In this document: piece by piece, positions 23,492 to 40,444 of the stretch
Numbering within the stretch: position 1 is the first letter of the stretch
How the letters are laid out: each line of letters begins with the position of its first letter
Assembly (NCBI GenBank): GCA_905331295.1
Contig: CAJNYD010000369.1
Location: 124,001-180,363, forward strand
Direction: 5' to 3'
DNA length: 56,363 bases
DNA from: Rotaria socialis
Lineage: Eukaryota
Made by a program: the position numbers and the translations under genes
Notes under the pieces: generated by a model
What the model saw: the letters and a program-made list of their open reading frames with translations, nothing else
What the model was told of the DNA's origin: nothing
Database searches by the model: none

Positions 23492-24820
23492 ATGTCATCG
23501 GATAAAATGAACAGAGGACGTAGATCAAGCATCAATAGACATGTGCAATGGGCGCATGTACACGGAAGTTCCAGTCTGGCAAAGAGAGATATAAACAATT
23601 CATCTTATCCAGAATATAAATCACGAAGTGATTTTGGTCAACAGCCAAGACGTTACTATCTCGGCAATACAACACAACAACATATCTTGGTTGTTGGAGT
23701 GAATTCAATCGGCACTGATAATTCGTATTCATTTGGAAATCGGACACCGACACCACTTGTTCGAACTGATGCCAGTTTAATGTCCGAGACCACAGAACAA
23801 CAACGTCGTCCATGGTTTATTTGGATTATATCTATTATAGAAATATGTGTCTTCATTGGAGAACTAATCTATAATTGGGTATTAATTGGTCGTCCAATTG
23901 AAACAGATCTTTCTAAGAATCCTTTATTTGGTCCAAATGCATTTCTTTTAATAAATATGGGTGCAAGTTTTTCTCCTTGCATGCATGCCATTGATGGCAT
24001 TACCAATAATGTTGGTTCAACTAAATTTCCTTGTCCCAGTAGTTCACCATTAGGAGGAACCGGTTGCACTCTTAGTGAATTGTGTGGTTTGGGTGGTGTT
24101 TCGAGTACGCCTAATCAATGGTATCGTTTTATTATACCGATATTTTTACACGTTGGCATCGTTCATATTGCTTTAAATTTAATTGGTCAACTTTTGATCG
24201 CGGCAGAGGTAGAAAAAAAAATTGGTGCAATTCGGATAGCCATTATTTATTTTGCATCGGGTATATTTGGTTTTATACTTGGAAGTAATTTTGCACCCAA
24301 TGGACTTGCTAGAGTCGGATGTAGTGGTTCATTATTTGGAACTATTGCAATATCACTTCTCAATTTACTTTATCATTGGAAGAAAATAGCAAATCCAAAA
24401 ATTCAACTTATTGTTCACTTAATCGATATTATTATGAGTTTTGCATTAGGATTGTTGCCTGGTGTCGATAATTTCAGTCATGTGGGTGGCTTCATAATGG
24501 GATTACTATTTGGCTTGGCAATATTGAGCTCGCCTACAAATTTCGGGCGAGCCCTAAAACCGAAGAGATCTAAACGTGCTAAGAACGAATGGAATAACCT
24601 ACGAAGTTATGAAAAATTCTTTCGTAATCGACCGAGAGGTTGGTGGATGTGGTGGTTAGTAAGATTCATTGCAGTCGGTATGGTAATTGCCATATTCGTA
24701 ACTTTTACAGAAAGTTTTTACACAGGAAGAATACAATGTTCCTGGTGCAAATATATCAGTTGTTTACCTGTCAATGGATGGTGTGATGTGGGCATGCTTA
24801 ATACCAATAGTAGTACTTGA
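23492..24820 (+). CDS. Rhomboid family intramembrane serine protease, fungal-type, intronless
   Basis: QWYRFIIPIFLHVGIVHIALN; catalytic GCSG and DNFSHVGG; Cys-rich loop CTLSELCG; C-terminal WWMWWLVR...CSWCKYISCLPVNGWC. Confidence 0.92.
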   Translation: MSSDKMNRGRRSSINRHVQWAHVHGSSSLAKRDINNSSYPEYKSRSDFGQQPRRYYLGNTTQQHILVVGVNSIGTDNSYSFGNRTPTPLVRTDASLMSETTEQQRRPWFIWIISIIEICVFIGELIYNWVLIGRPIETDLSKNPLFGPNAFLLINMGASFSPCMHAIDGITNNVGSTKFPCPSSSPLGGTGCTLSELCGLGGVSSTPNQWYRFIIPIFLHVGIVHIALNLIGQLLIAAEVEKKIGAIRIAIIYFASGIFGFILGSNFAPNGLARVGCSGSLFGTIAISLLNLLYHWKKIANPKIQLIVHLIDIIMSFALGLLPGVDNFSHVGGFIMGLLFGLAILSSPTNFGRALKPKRSKRAKNEWNNLRSYEKFFRNRPRGWWMWWLVRFIAVGMVIAIFVTFTESFYTGRIQCSWCKYISCLPVNGWCDVGMLNTNSST

Positions 24821-25224
24821 TTTAAGATTGCGAAGTACATATATTAGTTTAGTTAGAATTATTTCTATTAAAAGCGGTATGAATTATCAAATATTTACAA
24901 ATAACCTACGGAAAATTTTTGCGAAATTCAACAACGGTACATTACCAATGGCAATCGTTTATTAAAATTCTCCATTTTTATGAATATTCATCAGCATAGG
25001 AAAATTATGACATAACACTGACTCGATAACGATTGATTTTCTGTTAGATTATTTTCTACTGCAGTCACTGTTTTATTTTTTGTTTTGAAAAAAGTTAATA
25101 AACAACAGCATGATTAAAGAATTCTGAAATTTTCTCAATAGAAAATCATCAATTTTCAAGAAGGTACATAGAATTTCAAAAGAGTTTTAGCATTATTCGT
25201 TTGAATATTCATATTCTAACCATG

Positions 25225-25463
25225 ATTGATGGATGATGTACATGGATCCATCGAAGTCGTCGAACGCATGGCATCAACTACTAAGAGGTGAAAGTACAGG
25301 TGCAATTCTGCATTCAAAATTTTCTACATTGACAAAAGAACAAATCAATTTCGTGATCAATATGTTCTTTATTAGTGCAGAAAAAATGACGACAAATACT
25401 GAAATAAATGTCGAAACTTTGGGTTTCACTTTTGTATTAAATTATTCTGCACATTTTCTATAG
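25225..25463 (+). pseudogene. Possible decayed fragment of a BLES03/DUF1917-like (eIF4E-fold) gene
   Basis: WMMYMDPSK..NAWH...G.ILHSKFST recalls the GKWM...W...KCST pattern; preceded by an in-frame stop; no complete gene. Confidence 0.25.
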
Positions 25464-28400
25464 GCTAACTCATAATTTATGTAGTTAAATATAAAAAACA
25501 TCGTATGTCACATTAACATTGTAGGCAATATCAACTTAAGATAAGAATTATTTTAACAATTAATTAGACTCGTTGTTTGTTGAACACGAAATCTCATTAG
25601 GATATCGTAAGTACATTTGAATTTGCTTCATCAACCAACTTGTTCATGGCCCATTAAAATTCGATCCGAAATCTACTTTAAATTAGACTCATTAGTGTTA
25701 ATATATTCAGTTGAATAAATTGATACAAAATAACACGATATGTTATAGAAGATGCATGATTACAGTTTGGCATGAGATTTTTACATTCTAATGTATTTCT
25801 TATGCATAAATCAATACAAATCTATAAATGGATATTTTCTTTTTTAATTACTAATATCATGTTGATCTATGTCACAAAACTTGATGTAAACTAGAATCTT
25901 TAGTATGGAATGAATAAAATTGAAAAATAGTATATAGACTTCGAAAGAAATAAACTAAGACTAAATTATATGCACGAAATTAATGATATTAACAAAAAAA
26001 TTGTCGATTCGACCTGAATCACCGGGAGTTAGAGCTGATTTAGTGAACTTGTTGACATCAATCTAGTATCTCCATAATATTTGTCAATGTGAACATTTAT
26101 TAGGAACATGGCATTTCTTCTCTTATGCACTACTCGTTTAATACATTGTATTTAACAGACATATTTTATTCAAATAATAAACGTCAAACTGCAAGTCATT
26201 CTATCATTTGTGTTTCTTTTTGTATATACAAACCTTCTCAGTTAATTCAATCTAGTTTCAGTAGATAGAACAGAAACTTGTTTTATGCAATACTACCCTA
26301 GAAACAAAGCCCTGATGTTTCACTAATTGTTTCTCCACCATTCAAATTTTATTCTATTAGCACGCTTTTGTACGGGCCATAATGCCTCAATTGAGAAAGA
26401 AAAATAGAAGATGCAAACGAGAACGGATTTTTAATTATGACTATCTTCTTTATTTCAATAATCCTTAAAATATACGAAATATTCAAACGGAAGTCAACGT
26501 AGTCAATCTACAAGATAATGAGTAAGACTAGAAAACTATGAACTATTATCAACGTTTATATTATTTAACAAACGAAAAAATTAAATATTTCTTTTTTTTA
26601 GTCGTTTTTACATGTTGAAAAATAAATTCTTTAGGAAATATGTTGACATTTCAGCATGCCATTTTCATGTCGAGTGAGAAAGAAACGAAGCCTGCCTGCT
26701 CATATCTCTTCTGTTTTATATAGAAAGTATGTATACCATTCGAAACCTTTCAGTGATATTTCTGAACCATTTGAATTCCATTGGAGTTTTCAAATGTTTG
26801 ATTCCATGACAACTGTATTTTAATACTATCAACCTAAAACGCAAAAAGAAAACTTGATTCTTTTTATGATCAATACATTTATACGAGTTGCAATGATCTA
26901 ATAATTCACAACAAACGCTTAGTTGCAAACAATCTGTACGAGTGTGCGCCTATATTTAAGATTACGAGATGAAATGAACTCAAGATTACACGTAATTAAT
27001 TTATTAAAAAAGTCTTGCTTTTTGTACTGCGCACTATCGTTGAATAGTTGTATGAAATTATCATTTCATTTCAAAATATACTAAATAATATAAAAGTGAG
27101 ACAGTGCTTATTTGGGTTGGACTTATCTTTACGGATATTATCGGCAATAGAATGTGACAGTTTGATCATAAACATCATCACGGACTCGTTTTCTACTTCC
27201 CTTCTGATTTAGAAATTCTTCATAGAACTTTCCTTTATTTTGCTAGAGTGACAATTTATATATCGGAAGACAAGTACATGTCAGAAAGTTGATATACATG
27301 ACGTGTGGTTGTATTAGCAAGAAAACAAAGAAGAAGAAAACAAGTTTTTGTCAGGATTCTCTCTCCTGACATGAGAATCTCACTTGAATTGAGTCAATTC
27401 AATTGACTCGACGAATCAAAAATCAATTAAATACTTTTAACATTAGCAAAACAAAAGAGACCCTTGAAGAATACGTTCAACAAATTAATAATTACAAAAG
27501 ATTACTCATAGAACTAACAATAATGAAAGCGATTCTAGTAGATTTTTCTATTTATTATTTCATAATGGAAAAGACTCAAATAACAAAATATATTATTTGA
27601 ACGAGTACAATACGACGACGTGTTGAGTATCACGTAGGTAATAGTATTCAATTATTCTGGTTATTCTGTATTATTCAAACATTAAACACAAATATAAATG
27701 CATAAGATATAGTATAATATCTTTCGATAGCTATTTCAGAATCAATCAGAAACACACTGATATTACACGCGACCAATGCAAAATATTCACATAAAACACA
27801 CGTATTGACACTTTCTACTATATTATTTTAATCTCTGGAGTGCTCAAGTCAAGTCATAGAACTTTTTATTTCCCAAAGGTTTTCTCAAGTCGATGAAAAA
27901 ATGATAAATAGCATGCTACACGCATATCAATATTAACCTAAAAGTGAACACTATGAATTTATATACTAGCTCATTAATTAGAACTCATTTCTCAGCTCCG
28001 CCGTATCGTCTCTACATATGTATACACTAATACGTACATTTGTTATTATTGTAGAATTGTTCCATCAGAAACTCTGTGTTACTAATGTCTTGAAATTTAC
28101 ATTCTCAATGCAATTTGATTGATTGATAAATAAAGCAGGCAGTTATTTTTCATATTTCCGAATAATTCAAGTAAATAGACCATTATAGGAAACCATATGA
28201 ATCCATAAGGTCACGTCAAACTTCATTTTCAATATCATATTTCAATGTCTGTGTGATCGACTCGGCGTGCATGTGCAAGAATTCTCACGATTCTATTGGT
28301 TATTAGCTAGACCAATGTGTAAAAGGGTAAACACGTGTGTGTGTGTAGCATCACATATAATACTTTTTTTCTCTTACGCTGTCATTTATTAGGTTTCAAG

Positions 28401-28513
28401 GAAGAATACGATCAGAGCTCTGTTCAAATTTTAAAAAAAGAGGAGTTTATTCCTATCAAACTTATTTTAATCGACATGCTATGGTAACTTAGTCTCAATA
28501 GAACATCAAAACA

Positions 28514-32148
<3,635 letters not shown>

Positions 32149-33398
32149 CCGAAATAGAACCTCATTTTTTTTCTACATGTTTAGTTAAATGTGAATGAGT
32201 TTTGTTCGTTTGTCTTTCTCTGTTATGCTTTATTTAAACATCATTTTTTTTATCATCTATTTTCTGTAATCAGCATTTTCATATTTCCTTGTGTATGATT
32301 GACAGCGAAGTATCTTTCCTTCTAATGCGATATTTATTTTGTCCATATTTGTTAATTTGATTCTCTTGATTTTCTTTTCTCTCTTTTTTTTTAAACAGTA
32401 CAGAGTTCTTTTTTTCCTTTACATATTTTTTATGCAGATGAAAGGATAAAAAGCTAATTGCGTAACACAGATATTAAAAGAAAAAAAATATTTTTCATGC
32501 TTTAGTTCTGTTGTATTGATTGATTTGTAGTGGGATTAAAAGATTTGCTTTTTTTTGTGTATTCGGAAAGGTAAACGATGCAGTAGAAACAGCAGTTATT
32601 ATATGTTCTTTAAAAATTGGATTATAATGAAAAAAGCAAGCCTAAATTTTTAATAAAATATTAACGAGATCTACACTTGATAAATGAATACTAAAATAGT
32701 ATTCATCAAAACAAGTGTTCGGTCAACAAAAGTTAAGTATTAAATAGCTTTAAACATTCTTTTCGTCTGTATTCTCAGGTGGTAATAAAAAGCCTTACTA
32801 AGGAAAATGAATGATTACTGATGAATAAATGTACGTGATAGATATTGAATTCAAGTACACGAAAATATGAATCAGTTAAATATAGTGCAATCATGTTGTT
32901 TGTCAAAGGTAGAAATATGAATCGTTCTCTTCAAAACATGTTTGTAGGCAGTAACAAAAATAGCGTCGGGTAGAAGGTTTAGTGAAATGACTGGTTGTCC
33001 GGATAATGTTCTCAGTTCTTCTTCTAATATTCTTTCGAAAAAAATGATTTATTTTCATGCAAATGAATATTATTTAATACTATTCCGTATTCTCTTTAGG
33101 TGAGACTTCTCATTGAATAGAAAATAGTCTAACTAACTGATAAAGAAATAGTGTTCGATCGATCACTGTTACATTTTACTCTTTATTCTTTTCATTAAGT
33201 ACAATTTCAAGTCGGTGCCCGTACGTAAGATGTCCCCAGTTAACATTCTTATATTTGTTATTTGAGCTTTATTGACAAACTATGTGTAATACTTGAATTA
33301 GTTTCATTTCATTTGATATTTTACGGAATATGTTTTCTTATTTGTTTGTTCACTATTTTGATTTTATAATTGATTTTATGTTTCAGTATGCAAATTAA

Positions 33399-36300
33399 AT
33401 GTCTCATACAGTTCAATCATCATTATCTTTTCCTTTACCGGTCTCATCTAAAGTAAGGTGTCGTGTTTGTTTTTCTACAAAATTTCAAATACATAGATTT
33501 TCATTAAATATCGTAAGTTTGAATCATCCAGTCCAAAGCAAAATGAAAAAGAGATAAATCAAACAGACGAATTTTTATTACCTCTTTCTCCTCTTTTTGA
33601 TGCTGCTATTGATGACGATTATCTGGCTGTTCAATCCTTATTAAGCAAAAATTATGACGTCAATACCAAAGTACTTGAAAACAAATGATTTGCATAATTT
33701 ATTCATTTGACGTTCTTGCTCTTTTTCTTTCTTTTAATACAATAATAATAATAAAGGATATCGATGGAATCACTGCGTTACATTTATGTGCTTTTTTCAA
33801 TTGTGCCAAAACATGTGATACATTATGTGCACGTCGAGCATTTGTCAATGCTAAAGACAATCAATCATTAACTCCACTATTTTATGCATGTAAAACTAAT
33901 TGTCCGGTAAATTGAAACGATTTCATCTATCAAATATTTCATTTTCTAAAATTCATTATAGACTATTGTACGAACGTTAGTTGATCATGGTGCGGATTGT
34001 GATGCTCAAAATAAACATTGGCAAGCTCCATTGCACATATGTGCATTGTCATCTGATGCTTCGTCAGCAGCTTTTATTATTAATCATGTTACAAATGTCG
34101 ATGCGACTGATGAATTTGGGTTGACTGCTCTTCATTATGCTGTAAGGTTTTAATAGGAAGTTGTATTTTTATTTTTGACCTTTTCGTTTTATTTTTGATA
34201 AATTTAGTGTATGACCGGTAATGTTGAGGTAAGATATTTTGAAAGAAAAAACGCTCTGAAATTATTTTTTTCTTACATCTAGATGGTTAAGTTATTGATT
34301 GATGCTGGAGCTAATGTAAACTTATGTGACCGTAAACAAAATTATCCACTTCATTGGACATCAATGAAAGGATCAATGGAAATATTGAATATTCTACTAA
34401 ATGCCCATGTTAATTCAAATTGCATAAATGATCAAGTATACTTTAATCATTATAATAATAATCGTATATAAGTTTTTATTTCAAGGGTCTAACTCCTCTA
34501 CATTTTTGTATTATTGGTAATCATACTGATTGTACTCGAAGGTTACTCAATGCCAATGCAAATATCAATGCACGAACACATAATGGCAGTTTACCTATTC
34601 ATTTTGCTGCCTATCTTGGGAATATGGAAATCTTTGATCTACTTAATAATCATTCAGAAGCTCCGAAATTAACAGAAACAGATCAAAAAGGAAATGTATG
34701 TATTCATCTGGAAGAGATATTGTAGAAGATTTGTGCGCCAATGACATTAATAAAGTAGTATAATGTTTTCATAGTATTTTAAAGATACTGAAAATTAAAT
34801 AATATTATTATTCATATGATTTTGGGATCACATCGATCGGAAAAGGTTCTTTTTAAGTCGTGTTTTTCTAATTATTCAATTTTTACTAATTAATAGACTA
34901 ATTTCGGATTCCAAAAACGAAAAAAAAACAAACATATCCCTCAGTATATTGAGCCTTTATTCTTTTTTTGATTCTGCTTTAAATTCAATATTATATATAA
35001 TTTAAAAGAAAATCCAAAGCTAGGCTAGTTTAATTATATCTATTTTGATTACCTTCTTTTTGCAAAACTTGATAGAAAGTTATTGTCTATACAAGAAAAT
35101 TTTCTCAACGATGTTTAAAGAAAAAGACGAACTCTTTTCATCATATATACATGCTGTAGCAAACAGATATACTCTTTCGCTTGCTCTATGAAATGCTCTT
35201 CTCTTTCAAAGACTATTCTTCATTTCGCTGCTGCTACAAAACTCACCGAATCCAATATCATCGAACATATATTATCGAAACTAGAAGAATCATTAGTCAA
35301 TGTGCAAAATTTTAATAATCAATCTCCACTACATATAGCCATCCTTCATAATCATGAAAATGTTGTTCATAAATTACTTGCTGCTGGTAAAAAAAAATGA
35401 AACATACTAATCTCTTTACTCTTACACCTATAATTGTTTTTATTGAATTCTATGCAGGTGCCGATCCCAGTTTGGTTGATAATGACAATAATACATCATT
35501 ACATTTATCAACGTCACTAATGAGCAAATATAATCAATCAAATATTTTGCTCGCATTAGTTTCTCATCAGCCTAATATGCTATGTCAAAAAAATAAGCAT
35601 AGTTTAATTCCACTTCATATTGCATTAAAAAATTTCGATTATCAATCTATTGGTTATCTAATGCATGAAAAAGAAGGAGATCTTAGTGAACAAGCACAAC
35701 AATCATTATTATTACTTGATTCAGTTGGACGTCATTCACTTCATTATGCTGCTCATTCAGGCTTGACATCATTTATTGAACGATATTTTAAACAAATGAA
35801 TAAAGAGGTTACCAATCAGCAAGATTCATTTGGACTTACACCATTACATTATGCATGGTAAGTATTTTGTTTTCCTTGAAAAAAATAAGAATTCAGTACA
35901 TGTACGTGTAATTAAGTATGAAATGGCATGGACTTGATGCCATCAATATTTTATTGAAATTTGGTGCTGATGTCAACATAAAATGTCTTACATATGAAGC
36001 TATTCCGTTACATTACATTCTTGTGTATTGTAATTCATCAGATGTGATTGAACAATTGATACGTGCTGGCAGTGACGTATTAATCAGTACGAAACATGGT
36101 GAAACATGTCTATCATATTGTATTATGCAAAACGATACTTACTTACTTAAAATACTTTTCGATTCAGTATCGAAACGAACGTTTGATGTAAAAAAATTCA
36201 TATTTCTATCTTGTTTACAAGGAAAAGATAATTCATTAGAATATATACTTGAGAATTATAAAGATGCTGATTTAAACGAAACAATGGATGATGGTATGAC

Positions 36301-38932
36301 AGCACTTATGCTAGCTTGTTGTTATGGACATTGCTCGTGTGTACATTTACTTTTACACAGAAAAGTAAATGTCAAAATAATAAATCATATCGATGGAAAA
36401 ACTAGTCTGCACTATGCAGCATTAAATGGGCAAAGTGAATGTTTACTTTCTTTACTACAAGAATTACAAGTCAATCAAGAGGATTTAAAAATCGTTATCA
36501 ATCTTCGCGATAAAACAGGAAAGTAAGTAAACATGATGAAACATGAGCAAGATTATACGGAAGTAGATCTTGAATTAAGATTTTGCTTCGAGAGATATTA
36601 TTTATCTGCAATTTATTGTAGAAAAAAAGTCAGGATAGCAATTTAAATCATATTCAAATATATTTTTTCGCTCGATCATCAGACAGACTATAATCATCGA
36701 CTGATTTCTAAGCATTTTAATACTTGCCAAGATTTTTCATTGAATATTTTAGGAACTGAGGCTGAAAATCTAAGAAGTAGTATCGAACCAAAATCTTACG
36801 ACATCCTTGAGAATGATGAAAGAAAGTGAGTTAGTATGAGACATGAGCCTTGTAGTTAATTTTACTGATTTTTCAACTTGTTGCTCGATCGTGTCAAAAA
36901 AACTGAAATTTATTTACATTATTCGAACAAATCCACAGAATGACCAACTGTCTATCTTCATTTGTTCGACTTTCTAATTTGTTTTATTGCTAAAATAATC
37001 TGTATTAATATAGAAAGATGCTCTAATGTATAGTATTTCATTTTAGAACGGCTCTTCATTATTCTGTTGAGCATTCGTCACCGAATTGTATACGTTTATT
37101 AATAAATTTCGGTGGTGCAAATCCAAACGTGACAGATTTATCATTGCTGACACCGTTACATTATTGTGCGATTCATAATTGTGAAGAAAGTTTACAAGAA
37201 TTACTTGATGTACACGAATTAAAAGTGAATGTTATTGATCAGAATAAACGATTGCCATTACACTATGCAGCTGCAACTGGAAATATAACTATCCTATCAA
37301 CATTAGCTGATGTAAATATTTCAAAAGTGTATTTTCAATGAATTTAATTCTTCTTATTTCAGTATGATTACGAGCAAGTTGCTGATATCGATGGGTTTAG
37401 TCCATTGCATTATGCCGATAATCGGTGGTGCCATTAGATTTTTCCTTGCTATATCTAATGGTCTATCAAAAACAGAAAAGAATTTAATTGCTTAACACAG
37501 AAATTTAAGCGGTTAATTATAACAAAAAGCATTTATTTTTTCATTTTTACTTTGTATTTTTTTTTTTTTTTTTGAAAACATATTTTAGGACATGAAACAG
37601 CAGTTCGTCTTCTACTTGCTTCTGAAGTCGGTCTTAAATGTTTGACAACAAGTCGTATAACACCTGTTCATCTTGCTTGCATCTGTGCTGATTCAACATG
37701 TCTTAAAGCAATTATGAATGCTTTACAAACGGATAGTATTGCAAAGATGATTAATTTGCCAACAAAACTTGAGCGGTAAAAAATAAAAACAAAAAAAACT
37801 TCCGCAATAGAGAAATATTTCATTTTTTTATTTTAAGATTTACACCTTTACATTTAGCATCAATGATAAAAAATGGATCTGAATGTATAAAACTAATACT
37901 TCATTACGATGAGGTCGATGTTGATGCCAAAGATCATTTACAACGAACTCCCATTATGTATGCTCTTATCAATGAAATCGATTCTAGTACAATAGGTATG
38001 ACCAATAGCACTTTAGATTATGCAAATTTCAACTATATGATCATCAGAGAAATACTAACCGTATGCTAATCATTCCTTTCTTTGTGTTTTTTTCCAAGAT
38101 TACTGAATTTTTGGTTTCGCTAAAACCTTTTTGTTATACTTATAAATGAAAGATGCACATAAAAAAGTATCGAATTTAGTACGGTATGTATATAGAATAT
38201 CCATGGGTATTCGTTTTCTTTCAATCTATGACACTAGTACTTGCAACTAAATGCCTATAAATAATGTAATGAAATCTTATTGACTAATATTTTTTGCATG
38301 AGTAGATCAACTAATTACGCTGGAAGGAAGGTGAATAGCTATATATTTTGATTACTCATTTTATGACTAGTATAATTAGAATCGAAATATAATGTAGGGC
38401 ATGTTCATGTGGAAAATAGTGCTGTTAAATCGATATAAATTTTTGTCTGGGAAGAGCTTAAAAAGATTCAAGCAAATATCAAATATATTTTATATGAATA
38501 ATTGAATCTTCTAAAGTATAGAGAATACACCACTTCTTGATTGATTTGCTTTCTGTCTATTTAGATATGCTGGTTACAAAATGTAAACATTTTGATGCAG
38601 TGGATCATTTAGGAAATAATATTCTTCATTATGCGTGTATATTTGTATGTTGACAAAAGAACTAATTTTTATTTCTTACTTTTATATTTTTGTCATTTTT
38701 AGAATAATGAGCCAGTTGTTGAGAGTCTTTTACGACGAAATACATCTTCGTCGTTCGTCGAAGCCATGAATAGTGAAAATCAAACGTGAGTACTTCCTTT
38801 TTTTACTTTAAATTTCTGTGTTAAGCAATTAAATTCTTTTCTGTTTTTGATAGACCATTAGATATAGCAAGGAAAAATCTAATGGCACCACCGATTATCG
38901 ATATATTATTTTCTTTATCTGGTCGATTATAA
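33399..38932 (+). CDS. Large multi-exon ankyrin-repeat protein, ANKRD28/44/52 (PP6 regulatory subunit)-like; one exon has a frameshifting insertion
   Basis: N-terminal repeats parallel ANKRD28/44 (VNAKDNQSLTPL, AQNKHWQAPLHI, GNVEMVKLL). Many short exons, including a 21-nt micro-exon at 34208-34228. Stop TAA at 38930-38932. Start codon tentative. Confidence 0.75.
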
Positions 38933-40444
38933 AAACTTTTCAGTGGCTTCCTTTTCCAAGACTGTGATATGAGCAGAAAAAAACGAAATAAAATAAAACA
39001 TATTTGTCAGATGTTCATTTTTTGTAGATATCCAAGATTCAACTTTCCTTGCTTTTCTTTTTTTTTGTATTACGAAATGAACAAAGAAAATCTTTTAATA
39101 AAGACGACGAAATTTTCCCGTTGTACTACTAACATGAATTTTTCGATATTTTACCAATGTTTTCGTGGTAATCGAACGATAAACTGAATTAATATCCCCA
39201 TATTCCTCATAGTTTATTCAATAGTTGCATTCAAATATACCCTATTAATCTTGCCGGTTGCTTATTTTGTGAAATTCGAATGACTAGAACGCATTCTTCA
39301 ATTTTCTAAATCGTTCAATGGTCCAATTGTACGCATCGTAAAATTTCCATACCACATTTCAAGGATGATGTACATTGATTGACTACAATAGATATATTAG
39401 CTACGTGCAACGGATTTATTTGTTTGTATCTCTATACGCTGGAAGCAGTGATTAATCAGCTCACTCTTCACTTCTTTTCTCTGGCGTACATAGAGTATTT
39501 GATGATCATTGAATAGTGTATGCGCATTTATGATAAAATATAGTTGCACTATAATTTAGAACAATGATGGAAATCTAAACTAAAGTCAATTGCATTTGTG
39601 CATGATACTTGTACGTAAGTCATGATAGGAATCGAGTATAAAAATATCATAGTAATCGAATGATTAATTTCGTTACAGTCCATACTAGGACCCATTTTCT
39701 GTGACATGTTACCAGTGAATGAGAAACTCTTTAGAAAACTTAAAATCTAGTTAGGAAGTTATAGAGTAATTCATTTGTGTTCAAATGAGACACGTGTGAC
39801 GTAATGTGTAGAATTGGTTACGCTTCTGTCCGAAAACAAATCGGTAAAATAACGAATAATGTTCAAGTATCTTTGTGACTACCAAACCTATAAATGGTTC
39901 TATCTCCGGATACAAACACAAAACGATGTAGATTTGATATCAAATAGTGTTTCACTCAATGGGTCTCAAAAAAATAAAAGTCCTCTAAGTACAACGCCCT
40001 GCATTTTCACTGCAATATGCACTTAACTTTGCTTTCGTTCTGATCTTGTATTTGAGTGTTCGAATTTTGCCCGAATCAGAGTACTGTTGCATTTTTTGTT
40101 GTTTTTCTCTCATACTTACTGTAGTTAGGGGTTGTGTTTTATTTAACAGATGAGAGAACAACTAGATGAAAAAAACAATTCTTTCAAGAGCACATCTAAA
40201 TAGAAGATAAATCATTGCACATGATGGTGAACATGTAACAATTAATACGCTGATGCCCTTACTGATACGCTCCTGTGTTTACTTTTCACGTATATATATA
40301 TTTAAAATCAAATATTTTATACAAAATCATGAAAGAAAAAACAAACTAATGCATTTACAAAGTCTGCTGATTGATCAGTGAATCGAAGAGTTTGACAAAA
40401 TCATTTATTTTTGTTCTAGATAATATTACTCAAGCTAAGAAAAA

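Noticed and set aside
27403..27660. Short helical ORF vaguely like an Athena coiled-coil ORF
   Set aside because: Similarity is only compositional and there is no adjacent RT.
39100..39380. Possible MULE transposase remnant on the minus strand (PRKHW*NIEKFMLVVQRE)
   Set aside because: Too degraded; no TIRs or TSD found.
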